Part shown: positions 37,951-46,307 of the stretch, piece after piece
Position numbering within the stretch: the stretch's first letter is position 1
Layout of the letters: the number at the start of each line of letters is the position of its first letter
NCBI GenBank assembly: GCA_014728035.1
Contig: WJMJ01000071.1
Coordinates: 96,001-160,000, forward strand
Source of the DNA: Promethearchaeota archaeon
GTDB lineage: Archaea; Asgardarchaeota; Thorarchaeia; Thorarchaeales; Thorarchaeaceae
Length of the DNA: 64,000 nucleotides
Reading direction: 5' to 3'
Position numbers and translations under genes: made by a program
Notes under the pieces: generated by a model
Seen by the model: only the letters and a program-made list of their open reading frames with translations
What the model was told of the DNA's origin: nothing
Databases searched by the model: none

Positions 37951-38793
37951 TCATTTTTCAGAAGTTTTTCCTTCGAGGATTGCTTTTCGAATTAGCTGAA
38001 CAAGGCGTTCTCGATACGAAATATCAATTGCAACAAGCTCGTAGGTTGGCACTCCTAATATTTGACCAACTCTCTCTGGAGTCAAGGCAGTAGGAAGGTC
38101 TTGTTTGTTTGCAATTCCAATCACTTGTGCATTTGGTACTTCTTCTTTTACAAGTGAAACCAACTTCTTGCTCCGTAATACATTCTCCAATGTGCTATCT
38201 GTGACTAATATCACGACTTGCGCATTGGCAATCATTTTAGACCAGAGAATACTAAATCTTGCTTGACCTGCAAGATCCCAAAGTACTATGTTTGCAGATT
38301 GTACTTCCTCTGGTAGTTTTTTAATTGAAACACCAATTGTAGGATCATGAACCAGTGGAAGGGTTTCCCCTCGAAGCAAGTGCAATGTTGTTGTTTTTCC
38401 AACTCCTGCAAATCCCAAGATTGCAACTTTAACCATGGTAACAGCAATTTGGTCAACAGTTTCACCAAAATCATCGAGTGGCTGTCCAGCCATAGCCAGA
38501 TTTGCGAAATCCTTCATGAATATGTCTATTAATTGATCTGTTTTTTCTTCGATCTGTGCGGGTTCATCAGCTTTATCTGCCAGGGATATAAATGTAAAAC
38601 TTCCTCGTTTAGCATAGAACACTCTTGATACTGATAAGTTCATGTACTCGGTCTTCTCAAGATCTACTGATTTCAGAAACTGGGTTAGATTGACTAGGAA
38701 TTCAATTAGATTAGCTCTGGAATCACTCTTTGCGTATTCTTTTGAAAAGAGAATGTTATTTTGTTCTCCGAGTATATAGATACCTCGAATCAT
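37951..38793 (-). CDS. Longin-domain / small GTPase (Ras superfamily, Arf/Rab-like) fusion
   Basis: N-terminal IRGIYIL...ILFSKEY...FTFISLAD (longin). G1 GFAGVGKT, G2 DPTIG, G3 WDLAGQ, G4 NKQD. Confidence 0.9.
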   Translation of the reverse strand: MIRGIYILGEQNNILFSKEYAKSDSRANLIEFLVNLTQFLKSVDLEKTEYMNLSVSRVFYAKRGSFTFISLADKADEPAQIEEKTDQLIDIFMKDFANLAMAGQPLDDFGETVDQIAVTMVKVAILGFAGVGKTTTLHLLRGETLPLVHDPTIGVSIKKLPEEVQSANIVLWDLAGQARFSILWSKMIANAQVVILVTDSTLENVLRSKKLVSLVKEEVPNAQVIGIANKQDLPTALTPERVGQILGVPTYELVAIDISYRERLVQLIRKAILEGKTSEK

Positions 38794-39896
38794 GATTTTG
38801 TTCTCCAGCTATTGATAAGGTGTTCAAGGTATGACACTACAACTTTAGCATCAAGATTTTCTTCATTCCATTTATTCGCTATTATGGGAGCGACATATTC
38901 TGGCATGAAGCAATCAAAGATAGGATTCGTCAATAGTGCCCATATTGTTTCATCATCAAAAGATGTAACTATACTATTTGACTGTAATGCCCACAAAGCT
39001 TTGGTTACAATTGATTTTGGAAATGCAGTTTCAATCACAATTTCCTCGATGGAAAGTGGACCTTTTCGTAGTACAGAAATGATATTATAATGAATTGTAT
39101 TAGCAACATTTTCTGCTATCTTCTCTCGGTCTTCAATTATGGGTTGAGATTCTTCCCCGCTGACTATTGTCGGATTGTATCCTCTTCCCGATTCATCAGG
39201 ACTGAAGAAACTATCTACACGAGAAACATACTCCTTGTGAATTTCAGGATAAGTCATTTCAGTCAACTTCATACTTTGTGTAGGTGGAGCCCGATATCCG
39301 AATAAATCTTTAACCAGAAACACATATTGTTTTGTTCTTGTGATCATTTCAATTTCGAGTATACCAGCACTAGTTAGGGGTGTGATGGCCTCCACGATAT
39401 CAATACCGTCATCACCCACTTCGTTTTTTAGCCACATTGACAATTCAACAGCGCCTGTCACTATTCGTTTTTGCATTCTTTCCAATATAAGAGGGGCTGA
39501 TGGAGTAAGAAAGACTCTAGCATATTTCTGCTCTTGACTTTCTTGTGACAAGCTGCTCCCGGATTTCATTATATCTTCGAGATTTATATCCTCAACTGAT
39601 GTTTCAGCTAACTCCAAAAGTAGTCTTGCAGTTCCCTCTAGATGGGTACTTTCATAGCTGATATCATCATCTGTTTCCATTTCGAAACAAATTACCCATT
39701 CTGGCATCTTCTTCTTAGAATATGATAATATTTTCCTCCCATCTAGATTGATAACATGAAGTCCAAATTTATCCGCATGGGGGACGTAAATGTTATTGAG
39801 GTCTGCCTCTGTTACTTTCAATGATGTGGGATATCTCTTCTTTAGGATAAACCCGTGATTTTCATCCAACTGAATTAGAAAGACTGCACTCGGCAT
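38790..39896 (-). CDS. Longin/uDENN-like N-terminal domain plus winged-helix protein
   Basis: AVFLIQLDENHGFILKKRYP resembles the uDENN/NPRL first hairpin. Two wHTH-like segments (AVELSMWL..AITPLTSAGIL; PLSIEEIVIETAFPKSIVTKALWALQSNSIV). ATGA overlap with the GTPase gene. Confidence 0.6.
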   Translation of the reverse strand: MPSAVFLIQLDENHGFILKKRYPTSLKVTEADLNNIYVPHADKFGLHVINLDGRKILSYSKKKMPEWVICFEMETDDDISYESTHLEGTARLLLELAETSVEDINLEDIMKSGSSLSQESQEQKYARVFLTPSAPLILERMQKRIVTGAVELSMWLKNEVGDDGIDIVEAITPLTSAGILEIEMITRTKQYVFLVKDLFGYRAPPTQSMKLTEMTYPEIHKEYVSRVDSFFSPDESGRGYNPTIVSGEESQPIIEDREKIAENVANTIHYNIISVLRKGPLSIEEIVIETAFPKSIVTKALWALQSNSIVTSFDDETIWALLTNPIFDCFMPEYVAPIIANKWNEENLDAKVVVSYLEHLINSWRTKS

Positions 39897-40026
39897 TGAA
39901 AAGCCCCTGTGGTTCGATTAACATCGTTGCATAAATGTTTGACTCTTATCTACCTATTGACATACCAAAGAAAAAGATAATGTTTCTTATACGAAAAGTC
40001 ATCAAATTAATGCACTCCTAGAAAAT

Positions 40027-42372
40027 ATGAAAAGCGTTCCTCTATATCTCATGATAGGCATTCATATGGAATCTAAAACAATCGACTCAATTGTTCCCGC
40101 ATCTGCTGCAAAAGGCTTACAGCTGGCAGGTGGTTCTATGATGGAACAAGCAATCCCAGAAGACTATGTGATGGCATCGATTCTCTTGAATGCTCTAGAA
40201 GAAAGAAATGGCATGGATCTGGAATTCTTTCTCAAAGCGTATCTGCCTATCCACGTCATTAAGTCACCTACTACTAACTGGTTTGCGTTAATTGAACGAC
40301 TTGGACTTGCGTCATCAACAATTCCTACATATTCTGATATCGATTTCAAGTCATTCAAAACAGCTCTGAATAGTGCGCTAACAATCGAATCTCTTGGAAC
40401 TGTCACTAGTGATTTAGACTCCGAATTAAACAAGATAATAGAAAGCAACTCTTTGGAAGTTCCTGGTTTAATGTCAGGAGCAATAGCTGATGCGGTTTCA
40501 ATTCAACTTGATTGGCCCTATCATACCAATCTCGAAAGCTATGCATTTTCATTCCCCTCTATGATCGAAGACAGCGAACTTGCAGAACACTCTGAGAAAA
40601 TTAAAAGAACCCTCTCATTGTTAGACTCTGCAAGTACCCATATACGAGATATATTGCAAACACTTGAAGAACGTTCTCATATCTTACTAACTCGGATGGA
40701 ACAAGGGCATCTACCAAAAATTGAGCGTCTGGACCAGCGAATTCGTGTTCTTGAAGTAGAAATCGAAAATATTGAGCATAAGATTAGTTCTGGTATCGGT
40801 CTAAAGGAGGAATTAAAACAGATCTCTACTGCACGAAAAAAGGCTTTGAAACGAGATATATCTCGTCGGAAGGCACTGATTGCAGAGATGACAGAGAAAT
40901 CCAGTAAGATTTCGTCAGACATTGATAGTCTTACAAATAAAGCACAGACTGTTCTCACTTCTATCAATTCTGCACGTGAAAGCCTTGATTCTTTGTTGGT
41001 TGGTGTACGTAGTGCTAACATTCCTAAAGAAGGAGTTTGTCTTCTTTTTCCGTTCTTCGTTGTAGGATATTCAAAAAAGGGTCAATTGCGATTGAATTAC
41101 TATCCCCCTTCAAGACTAAAGGACAATGATGAGAGAGTTGGAATTCGGCGTGACTTTGTGTATCCATTCTTTTTCGCTTCAGAATCTTATTCTGAATTAA
41201 TATCTTTGTTAGAGAAGCGTATTTCTAGTGATATTTCATTGAGAAAATCTATCCGTTCTCATGCCAAAGATAATAATCTTCTCGCTTTGGCACATACGAG
41301 GAAAATGATTATTGAGGGAACAAAATCTCTTCTTGCGGATGGGCTTGTTAAAGAATCGAAGATTGAAGATATTGTGAATCTTCTGGATGTTTTCCCTGAG
41401 AAATCACCGGTAGAACGCTTTCTTACTGATGGGGCGTTTGTGGCTGATTCTGAAGAGTTATGCTCAGTAAAATTCCATATCTGTGATGAATCTGGTAGGG
41501 CCATTGAAAATGCTACCTTAGAATTAGGAGTACTCTCAATGGAATCTGACGAACGTGGAGGAATAAGAATTTCATTGCCCATGAGCCATTATGATGGCAT
41601 TGTTAGTGCTGCAGGATTTCATGAGAAAACTCTGGAATTCAGTATAAAGTCAACAAACGATATCGTCATTCCAGTAGTATTAGCTGAACTCAGTCGAGAA
41701 GACCGTCTTGATCGGTCACTCGATAGCCTTGTTGCAAAAGCAGAGCGAATTGAAGGAATTAGGCGAAAATTACTGGAGATTTTTGAAAAACAAGGTGAGA
41801 TGCTTTTATCAGTGCCTGCTTATCGAAGTGCTTTGGTTGAGTTATTGTCAGAACTTGGTTATGACCCAGAATCTTGGATTTCTGAAGCATTGAGTAAGAA
41901 GGGTATGGTCCAGAGACTCCTGAAACGAAATGATCGGATTGATGGGATGCAACGTGATATTTTACGACTTGCAAGCGAGTCCAGAAACTTTGGGGGGATT
42001 ATGCTTTTTTCCGAATTGCTGATTAGCCTTGATGAATTAGGTTGGAACACAAACCCTGATGAAGTGGAGGACATTCTTTCTTCCATGATTAAGGAGGGGC
42101 TTGTTGATGGATTAACCACACTCAAGGACGGCATAAGAGTTGTCCAATTTATCCCAGTTGCGCTTACTCACGACCCTCGTGATTTGCTTGGACTAGCTGC
42201 AAAGAAGGATGGTAAACTAACCATTGAGGATGTTGTTGTCAATCTTGAGTGGACCGAGGAACGAGCTCGTAACGCATTCGATTTGCTTGTTTCAAAAGGT
42301 GTAGCAAAGCTACAAAAGAGCTATGCAAGGTCAACAATCTATTGGTTTCCAGGCCTTCGGGGAAAGAAATAA
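40027..42372 (+). CDS. Multidomain protein: coiled coil, Ig/transthyretin-like domain, C-terminal ESCRT-II EAP30 (Vps22/Vps36) domain
   Basis: PAYRSALVELLSELGYDP, GGIMLFSEL, VQFIPVALTHD, GKLTIEDVVVNLEWTEERARNAFDLLVSKG, YWFPGL parallel Vps22/SNF8 motifs. The start may be ATG 40051 or 40066. Confidence 0.85.
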   Translation: MKSVPLYLMIGIHMESKTIDSIVPASAAKGLQLAGGSMMEQAIPEDYVMASILLNALEERNGMDLEFFLKAYLPIHVIKSPTTNWFALIERLGLASSTIPTYSDIDFKSFKTALNSALTIESLGTVTSDLDSELNKIIESNSLEVPGLMSGAIADAVSIQLDWPYHTNLESYAFSFPSMIEDSELAEHSEKIKRTLSLLDSASTHIRDILQTLEERSHILLTRMEQGHLPKIERLDQRIRVLEVEIENIEHKISSGIGLKEELKQISTARKKALKRDISRRKALIAEMTEKSSKISSDIDSLTNKAQTVLTSINSARESLDSLLVGVRSANIPKEGVCLLFPFFVVGYSKKGQLRLNYYPPSRLKDNDERVGIRRDFVYPFFFASESYSELISLLEKRISSDISLRKSIRSHAKDNNLLALAHTRKMIIEGTKSLLADGLVKESKIEDIVNLLDVFPEKSPVERFLTDGAFVADSEELCSVKFHICDESGRAIENATLELGVLSMESDERGGIRISLPMSHYDGIVSAAGFHEKTLEFSIKSTNDIVIPVVLAELSREDRLDRSLDSLVAKAERIEGIRRKLLEIFEKQGEMLLSVPAYRSALVELLSELGYDPESWISEALSKKGMVQRLLKRNDRIDGMQRDILRLASESRNFGGIMLFSELLISLDELGWNTNPDEVEDILSSMIKEGLVDGLTTLKDGIRVVQFIPVALTHDPRDLLGLAAKKDGKLTIEDVVVNLEWTEERARNAFDLLVSKGVAKLQKSYARSTIYWFPGLRGKK

Positions 42373-42431
42373 AGTGAAGCTTTACAAGTACTCGTATAGT
42401 TTGATACAATACAGCATCGGAGATTGATACC

Positions 42432-43211
42432 ATGAACAAGCTCTCTCACATGTTATTTGCATTCTCGTTATTTTTCGCAATTTATTCACTAATCTATGCA
42501 TTCAGTGTTTGGCAATCTGACCTTGGAACACTGATGGATATGCTTTCCTATTTCTTAGTTGGTGGTATTGCAGCCACTTTTCTGGTACCAGTTCTCTATT
42601 ACAAAGCCCCTCACAAAGGTATGCGTTCTCGAACAACCAGTAATCGGGGAGCTGTTGGCGCAATGACCTTCATTGCATTTTGTTTCGGCTCTTTAGGTGG
42701 TACAATTGTTTATCAATGGATTTCAGGTGTTCCAATTGTAGGTAACATTTCCATCTTTATGGGTGCTTTGATGACTGTGGTTGGAGCTCTCATGCCAGAT
42801 TGGGACATTCCCTTGATGGGTATATCTCGTCACAGAAATGTGATATTTCACTCCTTTTTACTGCCTTTCGTGGTAGTGATGGGTACTTTATTCAACACTG
42901 CTGCTAAAATTGCATCCTCTGCGACATTTAGTGTAGGTGTTCACATTGAGTACTATATCACTGCTCTTTTCCTAATTGGATATGCCTCTCATCTGTATCT
43001 TGATATATTTCCAAGTGATGCAAGTCCACTGGAAATCATCTGGCGAGCTGCTAATCCAACGGATCAAGCACCAACAGGACTAAAACGCCTTGGACCAATC
43101 TATATCTCAAAGAAAAGAGCTAGAGGTTGGCTAGTATCTAATGCCACAATATTAGTAATAATAGCTTTAGCTCTACTTGGTTTGTATTTCTATAATTTGC
43201 CGACCTCGTAA
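42432..43211 (+). CDS. Membrane-bound metal-dependent hydrolase (YdjM-like)
   Basis: N-terminal H, GALMPDWD, HRNVIFHS, GYASHLYLD; multiple TM segments. Confidence 0.75.
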   Translation: MNKLSHMLFAFSLFFAIYSLIYAFSVWQSDLGTLMDMLSYFLVGGIAATFLVPVLYYKAPHKGMRSRTTSNRGAVGAMTFIAFCFGSLGGTIVYQWISGVPIVGNISIFMGALMTVVGALMPDWDIPLMGISRHRNVIFHSFLLPFVVVMGTLFNTAAKIASSATFSVGVHIEYYITALFLIGYASHLYLDIFPSDASPLEIIWRAANPTDQAPTGLKRLGPIYISKKRARGWLVSNATILVIIALALLGLYFYNLPTS

Positions 43212-43290
43212 TTTGGAGTGGTTCTAATAACGCAGAGATTTGTATCATGATTACACATCTCTGCTGGAACTTCAACAGGTATGAATGAGT

Positions 43291-43593
43291 TTACCAGTCT
43301 TCATCATCTAATTCGAAGATATCATCTTCTTCGTCCTCTTCATCATCAAAGAAGTCCTCTTCTTCCTCATCTAAATCATCATCTTCAAAAAGAAAGGTAT
43401 CAGGATCTACTTCTTCCTCGAACTCAAACTCATCGTCCTCTTCAGAGCTTTCAACTTTCTTGACCTTCTTCCGGTGAACTGCAAGGCACGTTCTATCGAT
43501 TGGGTCAAAATATTGACATTCTATACAACATTCGCCTTTATGATTACAGGTCTGATATGCACCACATTTTTTACAACATTTTAGCTCTGACAT
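43291..43593 (-). CDS. Small Cys-rich protein with long acidic tail ending in DDEDW
   Basis: MSELKCCKKCGAYQTCNHKGECCIECQYFDPIDRTC followed by a D/E/F tail. Start ATG 43593, AGGTG upstream. Confidence 0.75.
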   Translation of the reverse strand: MSELKCCKKCGAYQTCNHKGECCIECQYFDPIDRTCLAVHRKKVKKVESSEEDDEFEFEEEVDPDTFLFEDDDLDEEEEDFFDDEEDEEDDIFELDDEDW

Positions 43594-43747
43594 GCTTCTA
43601 CACCTTTCTTTAGTGATAGCTTCGAGGCGTTTGTTAACGGTAAATAAGCGTCTCCCTACCGTAAAATATCTTTGTACTTCGAATATATGCACATCTAGCA
43701 ATTGTTATATTCTCTCCCTAAGTTACTCCTTTGGAGCTGAAGTCAGA

Positions 43748-45487
43748 TTGAGTGATCTCGAATTTGAAATTAGAAAAGTAGTTCTAGAGAACGCTTTCAA
43801 ATATGAAGGCAAACCCTCAGTTAAGTCAGTTATGGCCGCACTACTGGGAGCTAGAGCAGACCTACGCCCTCGTGCTAAAGAGGTAAAAGATATTGTCCAA
43901 CGGCTTGTTGTAGAGATAGAAAAAATGGGTCTAGAAGCTCAAATACGTGAACTAAAGGAGATTGCTCCGGAACTTCTTGAAGTGGAAGATGACTCAGAAC
44001 CGAAAGAGAAAGAGATGCCTCCTTTACCCAATGCTGATAAATGGGATAAGATAGTCATGCGATTAGCTCCATTTCCCTCAGGGCCTCTACATGTGGGAAA
44101 TGCTCGAATGGTTGTATTGAATGACTATTATGTCAAAAGATATGATGGTGAACTTATTCTTGTTTTTGACGATACTATTGGGTCTGCGGAAAAACAAGTA
44201 GAACCTGAAGCTTTTGATTTGATTCCTGAGGGTCTTGACTACCTTGGTGTGAAATATCATAAGACAGTTTACAAATCCGATAGATTAGACTTATTCTATA
44301 AATATGCGGTTGACCTCATTAATCGTGAAGAAGCTTATGTATGTGATTGCGACGCAGCTCTTTGGAGAAATGAACACAAGATCAAAATGATTCCTTGTTC
44401 TTGTCGTACTCTGAAAGTTGAAGAGAATCTTGCTAGATGGGAAAAGATGCTTGATGGAACATACGAAGAGAAAGAAGCGGCTGTTCGATTGAAAACTGGA
44501 ATGGACGACCCTGATCCAGCTATGCGCGATCATGTTATTCTTAGAATATCTGAAACCGACCATCCACGAGTAGGTTCAAAATATCGTGTTTGGCCACTTC
44601 TTGAATATTCCTGGGGTATTGATGATCATGAATTAGGTATTAGTCATATTATTCGGGGAAAGGATTTGGTCAAGGAGGGCAAGATTGAACAACATATCTG
44701 GAATATATATGGCTGGCATCATCCTGAACTGATTTACTATGGGCGTCTAAAATTCCAAGATGCAACCCTGAGCAAAAGCAAATCTCGAAAAGAAGTCCAA
44801 GAAGGCACATATACTGGATGGAACGACCCACGTACTTGGAGTCTGCAATCTCTTGAAAGAAGAGGAATCCATCCTGATGCAGTGAGAAAGGCCATGCTTG
44901 ACCTAGGTCTCAGTCTGGTGGACATTGCAATTTCTATGAAAGCAGTTTATTCAGAGAATCGAAGTCTAAGAGATGCTGATGCACCTCGTTTATTTTTCGT
45001 ACAAAATCCAGTTTGGGCTACTTTGGAAAAACTCCCCGCTGATATCACTTATGGAGAAGCTCCAGTACATCCTGACTTTCCTAAACGTGGAGTACGAAAA
45101 ATTCAGCTTGTCCCTAATCCGGCAAATAATCTCATCGAGGTAGGTATTGCTCAAAAAGATTATGAGAAGAGCGAAAATCAAGAACTTCTTCGATTGAAAG
45201 ACCTTGCTAACTTTGCAATTAATAAAGGTAAGAATCCAGTATTGGAATTTAGAAGCAAATCTGTAGATGATGTTCGGGATGTAGGTGGAAGAATGATCCA
45301 CTGGATACCAAAGTATGATAGTGTTCCTGTGGAGATGACCATGATTGATGGTGATGTAGTGACTGGTCTTGCTGAAGTCGGAATTAAAAAAATGAAACCA
45401 GGTACTTTTCTTCAATTTGAACGGGTAGGTTTTGCAAAAATCTATGATACTGAAGATGTTATTAAACTAGCATTTTCACACAAGTGA
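43748..45487 (+). CDS. gltX: Glutamyl-tRNA synthetase (archaeal type)
   Basis: RLAPFPSGPLHVGNAR (HIGH), FDDT, YKSDRL, HIIRGKDL, LSKSK (KMSKS), WNDPR, QFERVGF. Probable TTG start at 43748. Confidence 0.96.
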   Translation: MSDLEFEIRKVVLENAFKYEGKPSVKSVMAALLGARADLRPRAKEVKDIVQRLVVEIEKMGLEAQIRELKEIAPELLEVEDDSEPKEKEMPPLPNADKWDKIVMRLAPFPSGPLHVGNARMVVLNDYYVKRYDGELILVFDDTIGSAEKQVEPEAFDLIPEGLDYLGVKYHKTVYKSDRLDLFYKYAVDLINREEAYVCDCDAALWRNEHKIKMIPCSCRTLKVEENLARWEKMLDGTYEEKEAAVRLKTGMDDPDPAMRDHVILRISETDHPRVGSKYRVWPLLEYSWGIDDHELGISHIIRGKDLVKEGKIEQHIWNIYGWHHPELIYYGRLKFQDATLSKSKSRKEVQEGTYTGWNDPRTWSLQSLERRGIHPDAVRKAMLDLGLSLVDIAISMKAVYSENRSLRDADAPRLFFVQNPVWATLEKLPADITYGEAPVHPDFPKRGVRKIQLVPNPANNLIEVGIAQKDYEKSENQELLRLKDLANFAINKGKNPVLEFRSKSVDDVRDVGGRMIHWIPKYDSVPVEMTMIDGDVVTGLAEVGIKKMKPGTFLQFERVGFAKIYDTEDVIKLAFSHK

Positions 45488-45559
45488 GATTCTTGAAGCA
45501 ATATCTAAGGAAATAGAACATATAAGGAAAAAATTCAGAGGATTTTATGGTGTGCCAAA

Positions 45560-46306
45560 ATGGCAAGAAAGTCCAAGAAAAAAACTCTTACTGCTTCGTC
45601 GTTCAAAACAACTGGCGGACACGCTAAATTGGAAGTAGATGATAAGAAGCAGAAGATGTATTACTTTAAGGAAAAAGTAAAACTTGAAGAAGCAAGAGAA
45701 ATTGCTGAAAAAGAAGGTGCTGACATATTCGGTGTATCCAAGGATGACCTAAGTGTAAGCAAACCTAAAATCAAGTACGAATTCTATTGCATCTATGAGG
45801 CTAAATTGGAAATCAAGTATCTCAGTATTAAAAAAGAGGAGATAAGTGTCAACGACCAGGTAAAGGCAGCTCTTGTAGGTGGTGAGGTTCTAAAACCGAA
45901 AACGGGGAAAACAGTACCTGGAAAAGCTCTCAAGTTTCCTATCGTTGAATTGTATGAGATCGATCGTTCAGATAGTATGATTGTTGATGGCCGAACTGGT
46001 GGCCTTGCTAATCAGATGGAAGATTTACTTACAGGTCCTGGAAAGAAAAAAGCTACGACTGCATGGGTTAAGAAAGCAAGAGTCGCATCTGGAAAAGCGA
46101 AATCCATTGATAAAGTGATACGGCTAGTTTCAAAAACTGCTAAAAAGAGACCTACTGGAGCTAAACGTGTTCTTGAACACAGACTAATTTTCAAAAAGCT
46201 AATTGGATACTATGTCCCTGTTTGGTATGTTCGAATTGCAGTTGGAGATGATACTAAGACTCTACGAATTAACGCAATTAATGAAGAAGTTGGTCTTGAT
46301 ATTTAA
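45560..46306 (+). CDS. Basic (Lys-rich) hypothetical protein
   Basis: 248-aa ORF; YYVPVWYVRI...LRINAINEEV C-terminal motif. Confidence 0.75.
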   Translation: MARKSKKKTLTASSFKTTGGHAKLEVDDKKQKMYYFKEKVKLEEAREIAEKEGADIFGVSKDDLSVSKPKIKYEFYCIYEAKLEIKYLSIKKEEISVNDQVKAALVGGEVLKPKTGKTVPGKALKFPIVELYEIDRSDSMIVDGRTGGLANQMEDLLTGPGKKKATTAWVKKARVASGKAKSIDKVIRLVSKTAKKRPTGAKRVLEHRLIFKKLIGYYVPVWYVRIAVGDDTKTLRINAINEEVGLDI

Positions 46307-46307
46307 T

